Source: Xylanibacter ruminicola 23
Lineage (GTDB): Bacteria; Bacteroidota; Bacteroidia; Bacteroidales; Bacteroidaceae
NCBI RefSeq assembly: GCF_000025925.1
Contig: NC_014033.1
Location: forward strand, 2,640,001-2,672,000
Direction of reading: 5' to 3'
DNA: 32,000 nt
Shown: positions 9,286 through 17,995 of the stretch, piece after piece
How the letters are laid out: every line of letters begins with the position of its first letter
Position numbering within the stretch: position 1 is the first letter of the stretch
Position numbers and translations under genes: made by a program
The notes under the pieces: model-generated
Databases searched by the model: none
Seen by the model: only the letters and a program-made list of their open reading frames with translations
What the model was told of the DNA's origin: nothing

Positions 9286-11370
9286 ATGAAAAGAAACATT
9301 ACTATATACCTACTATTCTTTGTGCTGCCACTTATAGTGGCGGCCCAAAGTCATCAGACCGAACTTGATCGGTTGACAAAGGAGATGTACCGTCTGTACT
9401 CCTCACACGAGGTTGAGCAGTTCATGAATATCACCGACCAACTGAAAGACGCTTGCCAGAAAGCGAAAGACGAAGATCTCTACTACCGGACCTGGGCCAA
9501 CCAGGCCTCCTTTGCATTTTCAAAAATCAGCAGAGACAAAGGCATTGAGATAGCCAAGGCTCTGAACGAGTATAGCCAGCAACACGACAGCAAACTAGGT
9601 ATATACTATTCGTCACTCATCACAGCCAGCCAGTCCAGCGTCCTCAGGATGGAAATACAGGCTGAGCAGAATTACTTAAAAGCCTTAAAATATAAACAAT
9701 CTTTTTTGCCCCATATCAATGCCGCTCCGGCCTATTTGGGACTAGCAAAAATCTATCACAATCGCAGAGACCAGAAGAAAGTGCTCGAAATGGCCGAAAA
9801 AGCCTTGAAAGAACCCAACCTCACAGGACCTTCGATTGTAGATGCATGGAGTTATCGATGCATCGCAGCCATGTATCATCAGGGAGCCAATCAAAAAACA
9901 GAGTTGAACAAGGCTTACGCGGAATGGAAAAAAGTCTCAGAGAAGTATCATTACCGTTCGCTCTTTGCTAACGATATTGAAATCTACCATGCCCGTGTTA
10001 ACGGCGACTACGAGAAAATGCTCGAATTGGCCCAAAAAGTGAAGTTGCCCCAAGAACGAGCCCAGTTTATCTCTTACGCTTACGAATGGTTGGGGAAATG
10101 GGAAGATGCCCTCAAATACTTCAAAGAGTATAAAAGGGTTAGCGACTCCATCAACACGGCCGACATACGTAAGCAATCGGCAGAGCATACCATGCAGATG
10201 GACATCATCCGAGCCGAGAACGAAGCAAAGAAATTGAAGTTGCACAACCAGGAACTACGTTTGGAACGCCAAGCCAACGAACTGGAACAAGAACGCTTGG
10301 AGAAAGAAGCATTAGATCTGACACTTAAGAATCGCGACATCGAGTTGCAGCATGCAGCAACGCTTCTGAAGAATGACAGCCTTGACCGTCACGCACAACA
10401 GCTAAAACTAAGCGAATACCAGTCGAAGCTGGAAGCGCGACAGAGTAAGGAGAAGACAGAACGCATCACCCTCTGGGCAGCCATCAGTGTGGGTCTGCTC
10501 ATCATCACTTTCCTGTGCATCTATCTATACCGTCGCAGCCGTCACATGAAAGATCTGACTGTGGCCTACGACAAGTTGGAGACTGCCTACGAGCAGTTGG
10601 AACAGACCACCGCAGCAAAGGAGCGCATTGAGAGTGAGCTGCGTATTGCCCGCGACATCCAGATGTCAATGGTGCCACACGAATTCCCCGAGCGTCCCGA
10701 CCTGGATCTCTACGCCTCGATGACTCCAGCCAAAGAGGTTGGTGGCGACCTTTACGATTTTCTGCTCGAAGACGATATCTTATACTTCTGTTTAGGCGAC
10801 GTTTCTGGTAAGGGAGTTCCTGCTTCGTTATTCATGGCTCAAACCACCCGTTTGTTCCGTGCACTGGCCAAGCAGCACATGATGCCTGCTACGATAGCCA
10901 CCCGACTGAACAACGAACTGACAGAGAAGAACGACAACGGCATGTTCGTCACTATGTTCATTGGTCAGCTAAATCTTACCAACGGCCAACTCCATTTCTG
11001 CAATGCCGGGCACAATCCCCCTGTCATCGGAGGCGATGAGCAGCAAGGTTCATTCCTTGAGATGGAGTCGAATGCCCCTATCGGTCTATGGCCGGAACTT
11101 GAATATATCGGCGAGGAGATTGCATCCATCAAGGGGCGTCCTCTCTTCATTTATTCCGATGGACTTAATGAAGCCGAGAACATCAAGCTGGAACAGTTTG
11201 GCGACGAGCATATGCTGGATATACTACGGCATACAAAATTCAAAGACGCCCGCCATGTAGTAGAACTGATGGAAGCCGAAGTAGAGCGCCATCGTCATGG
11301 TGCCGAACCTAACGACGACATGACCATCATGTGCCTCAAAGCATTGAACATTAATAAAATAAAGATATGA
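9286..11370 (+). CDS. membrane sensor phosphatase: signal peptide, TPR-like extracytoplasmic domain, coiled coil, TM helix, PP2C/SpoIIE domain
   Basis: Signal peptide MKRNITIYLLFFVLPLIVAAQ and TM helix ITLWAAISVGLLIITFLCIYLY. PP2C/SpoIIE motifs ARDIQMSMVP, GGDLYDF, GDVSGKGVPASLFMA, NAGHNPP, YSDGLNEA, DDMTIMCLK. Confidence 0.8.
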   Translation: MKRNITIYLLFFVLPLIVAAQSHQTELDRLTKEMYRLYSSHEVEQFMNITDQLKDACQKAKDEDLYYRTWANQASFAFSKISRDKGIEIAKALNEYSQQHDSKLGIYYSSLITASQSSVLRMEIQAEQNYLKALKYKQSFLPHINAAPAYLGLAKIYHNRRDQKKVLEMAEKALKEPNLTGPSIVDAWSYRCIAAMYHQGANQKTELNKAYAEWKKVSEKYHYRSLFANDIEIYHARVNGDYEKMLELAQKVKLPQERAQFISYAYEWLGKWEDALKYFKEYKRVSDSINTADIRKQSAEHTMQMDIIRAENEAKKLKLHNQELRLERQANELEQERLEKEALDLTLKNRDIELQHAATLLKNDSLDRHAQQLKLSEYQSKLEARQSKEKTERITLWAAISVGLLIITFLCIYLYRRSRHMKDLTVAYDKLETAYEQLEQTTAAKERIESELRIARDIQMSMVPHEFPERPDLDLYASMTPAKEVGGDLYDFLLEDDILYFCLGDVSGKGVPASLFMAQTTRLFRALAKQHMMPATIATRLNNELTEKNDNGMFVTMFIGQLNLTNGQLHFCNAGHNPPVIGGDEQQGSFLEMESNAPIGLWPELEYIGEEIASIKGRPLFIYSDGLNEAENIKLEQFGDEHMLDILRHTKFKDARHVVELMEAEVERHRHGAEPNDDMTIMCLKALNINKIKI

Positions 11371-12332
11371 ACTGTTTTATCAACGTAGAAGACCTCGGCC
11401 CATTGGATAAGGCGATGGCCGAAGCATTTGAGATTAAGAACGATCGTTACAAGTATCAGCATCTGGGTAAAAACAAGACCCTGATGATGATTTTCTTTAA
11501 TAATTCGCTCCGCACCCGTCTCAGCACCCAGAAGGCAGCAATGAACTTAGGCATGAATGTGATTGTGCTTGATGTAAATGCCGGTGCATGGAAGTTGGAA
11601 ACCGAGCGTGGTGTGATTATGGATGGCGACAAGAGCGAGCATCTGCTTGAGGCTATTCCAGTAATGGGTTGCTACTGCGACTTGATTGGTGTACGCTCGT
11701 TTGCCGGACTTACCGACCGTGAGTACGACTATGCCGAGACCGTGCTGCAACAGTTCATCAAATATAGCGGTCGTCCCGTATTTGCAATGGAAACAGCTAC
11801 AGTTCATCCCCTACAGGCCTTTGCCGATCTCATCACCATCGAGGAGCATAAGGTAGTAGAACGTCCAAAGGTAGTCCTCACTTGGGCACCTCATTGCCGT
11901 GCATTGCCTCAGGCTGTACCTAACTCGTTCGCCCAGTGGATGAACGCCGCTCCCGATGTTGACTTCGTCATCACCCACCCCGAGGGTTACGAACTCGATC
12001 CAAAGTTCGTAGGTAATGCCCGCGTAGAGTACGATCAGAAGAAAGCTTTCGAGGGTGCAGATTTCATTTATGCAAAAAACTGGAGTAACCCAGGTGTAAC
12101 AAACCTTGCCGATTATGGAAAGATTACCAGCAAAGATATGTCGTGGACAGTTGACACAGAGCACATGTCATGGACAAACAATGGTAAGTTCATGCACTGT
12201 CTGCCCGTTCGTCGTAACCTTATTGTAACAGACGATGTGATTGAGAGCCCCAACAGCCTTGTAATCCCCGAGGCAGCCAACCGCGAGATCAGCTGTTCGG
12301 TAGTTATCAAGCGCATGCTCGAAGCCCTTTAA
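11367..12332 (+). CDS. argF': N-succinyl-L-ornithine carbamoyltransferase (ArgF' type)
   Basis: Near-colinear match, from my recollection, to Bacteroides fragilis ArgF' (FFNNSLRTRLSTQKAA, GAWKLETERGVIMDGDK, FMHCLPVRRN, PEAANREIS). It lacks the DxxxSMG motif of classical OTCases. Confidence 0.88.
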   Translation: MNCFINVEDLGPLDKAMAEAFEIKNDRYKYQHLGKNKTLMMIFFNNSLRTRLSTQKAAMNLGMNVIVLDVNAGAWKLETERGVIMDGDKSEHLLEAIPVMGCYCDLIGVRSFAGLTDREYDYAETVLQQFIKYSGRPVFAMETATVHPLQAFADLITIEEHKVVERPKVVLTWAPHCRALPQAVPNSFAQWMNAAPDVDFVITHPEGYELDPKFVGNARVEYDQKKAFEGADFIYAKNWSNPGVTNLADYGKITSKDMSWTVDTEHMSWTNNGKFMHCLPVRRNLIVTDDVIESPNSLVIPEAANREISCSVVIKRMLEAL

Positions 12333-12357
12333 CCGCAAGCAACAATTCCCGATAACA

Positions 12358-12387
12358 ATGCCCCGCGTCATCAGCGGCGCGGGGCAT
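12358..12387 (+). terminator. GC-rich hairpin downstream of argF' (no clear U-tract)
   Basis: ATGCCCCGCG (12358-12367) pairs with CGCGGGGCAT (12378-12387), with a 10-nt loop. It is followed by ccattacccc rather than a T-run. Confidence 0.45.
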
Positions 12388-12406
12388 CCATTACCCCAAA
12401 AACATC

Positions 12407-14386
12407 ATGAAACATTATCTATACCTTTTTGTACTTTTAACCTTGGCATTTCTCGGTAGCAACAAGATCTATGCTGATACCGACAACATAGAACAGGAAC
12501 TAGCCATGCGCGTTCAACAAGCGCAGGTAAGTGGCAGCGATTCTGACTTCTACAATGCTCATAAACTATTTCTCAACCACTTGGAGAAGAACCAAACTTG
12601 GGATAAATTCTACCGTGCTTGGATGAACCGCGTTATTTACGATGTTAACCACAAGCACTTCCACCGTGCCTATACTGAGATTCATCGCATTACCGAAGAT
12701 ATCCGCGATCGCCATCAGGAGAAATATCTGTATATCCCCCACATGTGTCTGGGTTTCTTCTATTTCGGCAGAAACCAACCAGAAATGGGTGAGACATACT
12801 TTCGTAAGGCTCTTCAGGGAGTAGATGCCAACAAAGAACCCATATCAGTATTCAATTGCTACCTATCTTTGGCTCAAGCACTTAGCGGAAACCATCCTAC
12901 CGAGGCCATGGCATGCCTCGACAGTCTGCCAAAACAAATGCTCGATAACCCGATGTACGATAGCGGCGTGCTGGGCTTTCGTTGCATCATCGCCAACCGC
13001 CTAGGCGACCGCCAGGCATTCGACCGCTACTATGCCCGCTACGACAGTATTCGCCAGAATAATCCTGCAGGGTTTAATCCTGCCAACCTGTATCAGGTAA
13101 TGGTTTGTCATTATATGTTGAAAAACGACTATAAGCACGCTTTGGCTTGGTGCGACTCTGTTGATGTGCCGATGATGGCAAACGAGCTGCGACTGGATGT
13201 ATATGAAAAGATGGGCGATTGGCAACATGCCTTCCGTGCCGCCGAACTCAAGGACAGTTTTCAACAGATTGACGAGCGCGAGGTGCTCGAGGATGATATC
13301 ATGGATATCTCGCACGGCATCGATATGCTTCAAGCCGAACAGGAGAAAGGCGAACTGCGCCACAAGCAATTAATGTTGGGAGGTCTATTGTCTACAGTCA
13401 TCATCTTACTGCTTATAGCCATACTTATCTATCGCTATTTCAAAAATCTCAAGTTGAAAGAGCAGTTCCATGAGTTACAGGAGGCCCGCCGTCGAGCTAA
13501 GGCCGGTCAGGCTATCCGTCGTGCCTTTGTAACAACCATCTTTGAAAAGCTCAAATCACCTATCAGTTCGCTGCTAAACTATGCACGCATATTCAACGAC
13601 CCAGAATTCAAACTCAAACCCGAGGAACGCAGTAAGCGTTATCGCGATATTGTTGCTGCAGCCAAGAACATCGAATCGTTGATGGACCCAGTACTTGATT
13701 CTTACTCACGTGGCGATTTAGGAATTACTGATGAGGAGAAACGTGTTTGTCAGGATGCGCTCCGCTCGCCGTTACAGACACTGATTGGTACTGCAGAAGT
13801 TATCATCGATGCCGACGGACAGTTGCCCCACGATGAGTATATGCAGTTACGCTCAGCTATCTGCCGTGATGCCTACGATGTAGCTACATCTACCCGCAAG
13901 CTGATATTATTCAGTCTCTATGGCGATGCTTATCCTATCCCTATGAACTACGAGATTGGTCTTAACGAAATGGCACGTACCACTCTAAACAGTTACGACC
14001 AGCATTTCAAAACCCAACCCAAGAACATCGAGTTTGTAACAGATGTGGCCGACGATGTGAAGATTACCACCAATATGCTGCTGCAGGAGCTGATTAACTG
14101 CCTGCTCGACAATGTTGTAAAATATGCCACAGGCGATACGCTGCAGTTAAGCTGTCACACCCTAACCGATGGTAGCTATGCGATTGCTGTAAGCAACGAA
14201 GGCCCCACCATCCCAGCGAGTGATGCTGAGCATATCTTTGTGCCGTTTGTACGTCTGTCGCCCAACGAGCATACACTTGGCGTTGGCTTGCCATTGGCCC
14301 GATGCTTAGCCACCTCGATGGGATACACCCTCACCCTCGACACCACTTACACACAAGGTGCCCGGTTTGTGGTTAGATTAAAATAA
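12407..14386 (+). CDS. membrane sensor with TPR-like extracytoplasmic domain and a degenerate histidine-kinase (HisKA-like + HATPase_c) output
   Basis: Signal peptide and TM helix GGLLSTVIILLLIAILIY. H-box-like FVTTIFEKLKSPISSLLNYARIF has Glu where the phospho-His is expected. N-box LLDNVVKYA, G1-like VSNEGPTIP, G2 GVGLPLARCLATSMG. Confidence 0.75.
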   Translation: MKHYLYLFVLLTLAFLGSNKIYADTDNIEQELAMRVQQAQVSGSDSDFYNAHKLFLNHLEKNQTWDKFYRAWMNRVIYDVNHKHFHRAYTEIHRITEDIRDRHQEKYLYIPHMCLGFFYFGRNQPEMGETYFRKALQGVDANKEPISVFNCYLSLAQALSGNHPTEAMACLDSLPKQMLDNPMYDSGVLGFRCIIANRLGDRQAFDRYYARYDSIRQNNPAGFNPANLYQVMVCHYMLKNDYKHALAWCDSVDVPMMANELRLDVYEKMGDWQHAFRAAELKDSFQQIDEREVLEDDIMDISHGIDMLQAEQEKGELRHKQLMLGGLLSTVIILLLIAILIYRYFKNLKLKEQFHELQEARRRAKAGQAIRRAFVTTIFEKLKSPISSLLNYARIFNDPEFKLKPEERSKRYRDIVAAAKNIESLMDPVLDSYSRGDLGITDEEKRVCQDALRSPLQTLIGTAEVIIDADGQLPHDEYMQLRSAICRDAYDVATSTRKLILFSLYGDAYPIPMNYEIGLNEMARTTLNSYDQHFKTQPKNIEFVTDVADDVKITTNMLLQELINCLLDNVVKYATGDTLQLSCHTLTDGSYAIAVSNEGPTIPASDAEHIFVPFVRLSPNEHTLGVGLPLARCLATSMGYTLTLDTTYTQGARFVVRLK

Positions 14387-14425
14387 AAAATAATCCCCGT
14401 TCACAACAGAACGGGGATTACTGTA
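14381..14425. terminator. bidirectional intrinsic terminator between convergent genes
   Basis: AATCCCCGTTC (14392-14402) pairs with GAACGGGGATT (14409-14419), with a 6-nt loop, an A-rich 5' flank and a T-rich 3' flank. Confidence 0.75.
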
Positions 14426-14426
14426 T

Positions 14427-15869
14427 TTATTTGATGGCAGCCGCAATGATCTCGGCCATCTTCTTGGCCCCTTTTTCGTTGGGATGAATACCATCATCTA
14501 CCACCTTATCGCCATCGTTTAGCATCAGGGCATGCAGATCGATAATCTGTAAGCCATACTGCTTAGCTACTTCCTGCTGGATGGGGATAATCTCGTCGGT
14601 AATCACCTTATCGTTGATATTCCAACTGGGCTTGAAGGCAGGGATGGGCGTACAAAGCAGGATCTTTGGACCTGCAGGCTGAGCTGCAGCCTTAGCCTTC
14701 TTCTTACCTTTCTTAGCTGGTTGGGCAAGGTCTGGGCGCAGGGCCTTAATCATCTGTTCCAAATCCTGCCTAAACTCTGAGCCATACTGCCAGTTCTCGG
14801 GCTTCGAGTCGTTGGTGCCGAGCTTAATCACAACCACATCGGGCTTAAATGCCAAGGCATCCTTCCAGGCCATCTCGTTCATATAAGGGAAATCACCCTT
14901 GTTCAACATGGTACGTGCCGAAACACCAAAGTTCTTTACCCAGTAGCCATCACCCAGGATTCCCTGCAGTTGTGCCGGATAGCCGTACTTGGCACGCATA
15001 TCAATACCAAAACCATCAGTAATGCTGTTACCGATGCAAGCCACACGGATAGCATCCTCCTTGGGGGCAGGAATCGACTTAAGCCAGTTACCTAAGTCCT
15101 GCAACAGCTGGTCGTGATACTTAAACCACGTGCCAAAGCCAAAGCCATGATCGCCCGAAGGGTAAATAAACAAGCTGCATTCATTACCGGCATTGCGCAT
15201 AGCCGAATAATACTGTATGCCATTGGTTACCACAGGCACCAAACGGTCGTCGTTAGCGCTGATGATACAAGCAGGTGGCGTGAGATGGCTGCGAACGGCA
15301 TTCTGGGTTGAGTACTGTCCTATAAGTTTAGGATCCTTATACCCCTCTTTACCCAGAAAGTTGATGCACGACCACTTATGTGATACACGCTCATCCATCG
15401 AGATTACTGGATAGAATAGTATCGAGAAGTTAGGACGCACTTCATAAGGCGACATCGTTGAGATGACCGACGACAGATGTCCACCTGCCGAGAAGCCCAT
15501 AATGCCCACATCGTTAGGATTAATATTCCAGACCTTAGCCGAGTCGCGAACGATACGGAAACCTTGCTCCACATCTCCTACTGGAATGGTACGGTCACCA
15601 TGCGGCAAACGATAGTTTACCACGAAATAAGCGATACCCTGTTTATTCAACCAATCGGAAGCCTGATAGCCCTCATGCGTATTCGAAAGCATAGAGTAGC
15701 CACCTCCAGGCACACCAACAATGGCTCTGCCTGAGGGATTCTCTGGAAGGAAACACACCATCTGAGCCTTTCCATCATCGGACAGGTTCAACGTAAACTT
15801 CTTTGCGGTCTGCGCCTGCATGGTCATAGCCAGCATCAGCAGCCCCGTCATGAATAGTTTTCTGTTCAT
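14427..15869 (-). CDS. secreted two-domain carbohydrate esterase (alpha/beta-hydrolase + SGNH/GDSL domain)
   Basis: Signal peptide. N-terminal VGVPGGGYS oxyanion motif and GFSAGGHL nucleophile elbow. C-terminal SGNH blocks ACIGNSITDG, KLGTNDS and DDGIHPNEKG. Confidence 0.75.
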   Translation of the reverse strand: MNRKLFMTGLLMLAMTMQAQTAKKFTLNLSDDGKAQMVCFLPENPSGRAIVGVPGGGYSMLSNTHEGYQASDWLNKQGIAYFVVNYRLPHGDRTIPVGDVEQGFRIVRDSAKVWNINPNDVGIMGFSAGGHLSSVISTMSPYEVRPNFSILFYPVISMDERVSHKWSCINFLGKEGYKDPKLIGQYSTQNAVRSHLTPPACIISANDDRLVPVVTNGIQYYSAMRNAGNECSLFIYPSGDHGFGFGTWFKYHDQLLQDLGNWLKSIPAPKEDAIRVACIGNSITDGFGIDMRAKYGYPAQLQGILGDGYWVKNFGVSARTMLNKGDFPYMNEMAWKDALAFKPDVVVIKLGTNDSKPENWQYGSEFRQDLEQMIKALRPDLAQPAKKGKKKAKAAAQPAGPKILLCTPIPAFKPSWNINDKVITDEIIPIQQEVAKQYGLQIIDLHALMLNDGDKVVDDGIHPNEKGAKKMAEIIAAAIK

Positions 15870-15884
15870 AGTTACAACAATTCT

Positions 15885-16862
15885 TTATTTAGTCCTATTG
15901 TTAAAAAATGCCTCCACACGATCAGCCATATTCTGCCTGATATAAGGGTAGTAGAATCTTAGTTCCATGTGATGATAGTTTCCCGGAATACCGATTACTG
16001 GCATCGGTTCATCATTCTTATAGCCACCTATCAACAGTAACTTGCTCTTCGGGTCGAGTCGTGCCGAGAGCGTATCATTCTGATGCTCCTTGTCGTAATA
16101 CACAAACGACGCGCCTACCGTATCTGTTCGCCAGTTGATGGGATTAATACAGAACAGATTACCCGCACTTACCACTGGTATTTCGCACTCTGGCGTCTTT
16201 ACCGAGTTAAAGCAAATCGACACCTTGGTATCGTTAGCCTTGCAAGCCGGGCGCAAATGTCGGCAACATGCCGTATCTTCCTTAGTAATCCTATAACCAA
16301 TAAAATAGGCAGCCACCATGCGGTCGGCCACATCATCCGGCATGCGCTTCATAATCTCCAACATGGCATGAGCTCCCTGACTGAAGCCAGCCAGTATAAA
16401 GGGGCGCCCCTGATTCAGATGTTTGATATAGTAATCCCAACTCCGAACGCAGTCCGACATGGCTAATGGCAAACGTGCAAGCGCAGTTTCGGGTGACGAC
16501 CACGACTGCATCGTCACCTGACGATAATAAGGCGAATAGTAATTCAGTTTGCCTGAATAAAACGAATCCACAGCATGCATTTCAATCCTCATCTGTCCAC
16601 GCTGACCAGCATTGTAAGTGTCGGCAAAATGGCAGGTATCACTACCTATCATATGGTCGCCTGTTTCTGTAGAGATGATATAAAACAAATCGGCCTCACC
16701 CTGGCGGTTAACTATAAACCACTGGCTGGGATCATCGTAATGCGGTGATGGGGGAATTGGACCGATAACCGACTGACTATCACTATCCCACGAACCGAAG
16801 AATAGCGAAGCGCATACGCAAGAAAGCGCAACAAAAGCCGATTTTAGTCTATTCGTACACAT
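15885..16862 (-). CDS. alpha/beta-hydrolase lipoprotein (DUF3089-like)
   Basis: GxSxG motif GFSQGAHA. The start was moved from the ORF-track Met (16913) to MCTNRLKSAFVALSCVC at 16862, because a TAnnTTTG promoter box (16883-16890, minus strand) lies inside the longer ORF and the shorter form begins with a signal/lipobox. Confidence 0.65.
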   Translation of the reverse strand: MCTNRLKSAFVALSCVCASLFFGSWDSDSQSVIGPIPPSPHYDDPSQWFIVNRQGEADLFYIISTETGDHMIGSDTCHFADTYNAGQRGQMRIEMHAVDSFYSGKLNYYSPYYRQVTMQSWSSPETALARLPLAMSDCVRSWDYYIKHLNQGRPFILAGFSQGAHAMLEIMKRMPDDVADRMVAAYFIGYRITKEDTACCRHLRPACKANDTKVSICFNSVKTPECEIPVVSAGNLFCINPINWRTDTVGASFVYYDKEHQNDTLSARLDPKSKLLLIGGYKNDEPMPVIGIPGNYHHMELRFYYPYIRQNMADRVEAFFNNRTK

Positions 16863-16882
16863 ATAATTGACTAATTTGCGTG

Positions 16883-16914
16883 CAAAAATACAAATTTCAA
16901 GCGAAGTTAGCAAA
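16883..16914 (-). promoter_or_regulatory. Bacteroidota promoter (-33 TTTG / -7 TAttTTTG) for the esterase operon
   Basis: Minus-strand TATTTTTG at 16890-16883 and TTTG at 16914-16911, with 20-nt spacing. About 21 nt upstream of the ATG at 16862. Confidence 0.6.
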
Positions 16915-16933
16915 TAAATCGCAAAACTTTATG

Positions 16934-16941
16934 TAAATTTG
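16934..16941 (+). promoter_or_regulatory. Bacteroidota -7 promoter element TAaaTTTG for the PLP-enzyme/module-1 operon
   Basis: Exact match to the TAnnTTTG consensus, 26 nt upstream of the ATG at 16967. No clear -33 TTTG. Confidence 0.55.
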
Positions 16942-16966
16942 CACGCAAAAACAACTAATAAACAAT

Positions 16967-17995
16967 ATGATTTCATTTGAATGTGACTACAACAACGGGG
17001 CTCATCCAAAAGTTTTGGAGAACCTGATTAAATACAACGATGCCAAACCAACCCCTTATGGTTTTGATGAGTTTAGCGAACGCGCCAAAGAGCGCATCCG
17101 TGTAGCATGCGGATTGCCCGATGCCCAGATATTCTTCCTCACCGGCGGCACCCAGACTAATGCCACCACCATCGACTCGATGCTGTATCAGTACGAGGGT
17201 GTGATTTGTGTTGGCAGCGGTCATATCAACGTACACGAGGCTGGTGCTGTAGAGTTCACCGAGCACAAAATCATAACCATTGCCGATAATAATGGTAAGA
17301 TGGAAGCCAAGACACTCGACAAGTATCTCGACGACTATATGCACGACGGCAACAAGGACCACGCTGTACACCCAGGATTGGTTTACATCACTTTCCCCAC
17401 CGAGTTTGGAACTCTCTACACAGCAAAGGAACTTGACGACATCTACCAGGTATGTCAGCACTACGAGATACCGCTTTATATAGATGGTGCCCGTTTGGGC
17501 TATGGACTGATGGCCGAAGAGAACGATATCACCCTGCCCTACCTGGCCCGTCACTGCGATGTTTTCTATATCGGTGGAACTAAGATTGGTGCCCTTTGCG
17601 GCGAGGCTGTGGTATTTACGCACCAGAATGCCCACAAGCATTTCTTCTCTATCCAGAAACAGCATGGTGCCGTGATTGCCAAGGGCGCCTTGATAGGCTT
17701 GCAGTTCGATGCGCTGTTTACTGACGACCTCTACTTCAAACTCTCAGAACATGCCATCAAGATGGCTATGCGCATGAAGCAGATATTCATCAAGAAAGGC
17801 TTCGAGTTCTATGTCGACTCACCCACCAACCAGCAGTTTGTAATTATGGACAACACACTGGTTGAGGCACTGAGTCAGAAGATGAAGTTCACTCATTTCG
17901 GTCAGGCCGACAAATACCATACCATCTGCCGTTTCGTAACCAGCTGGGCCACCACCGAAGAAGAATTAGACGAATTAGAGAAGATACTCGGATGA
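16967..17995 (+). CDS. threonine-aldolase / beta-eliminating-lyase family PLP enzyme
   Basis: N-terminal FECDYNNGAHPKVLENL, FLTGGTQTN, PLP-lysine region FYIGGTKIGAL. 342 aa. Confidence 0.75.
   Translation: MISFECDYNNGAHPKVLENLIKYNDAKPTPYGFDEFSERAKERIRVACGLPDAQIFFLTGGTQTNATTIDSMLYQYEGVICVGSGHINVHEAGAVEFTEHKIITIADNNGKMEAKTLDKYLDDYMHDGNKDHAVHPGLVYITFPTEFGTLYTAKELDDIYQVCQHYEIPLYIDGARLGYGLMAEENDITLPYLARHCDVFYIGGTKIGALCGEAVVFTHQNAHKHFFSIQKQHGAVIAKGALIGLQFDALFTDDLYFKLSEHAIKMAMRMKQIFIKKGFEFYVDSPTNQQFVIMDNTLVEALSQKMKFTHFGQADKYHTICRFVTSWATTEEELDELEKILG

Noticed and set aside
16863-16913. N-terminal extension of the DUF3089-like ORF (MLTSLEICIFARKLVNY...), as given in the ORF track.
   Set aside because: The extension would cover the -7 promoter box and palindrome at 16873-16890. 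The internal Met at 16862 starts a normal signal/lipobox peptide.
16973-17665. A 230-aa ORF antisense to the PLP-enzyme gene.
   Set aside because: It lies entirely within a well-supported sense CDS. It has low-complexity, Val/Gly-rich composition typical of shadow frames, and no promoter, signal or recognisable motif.
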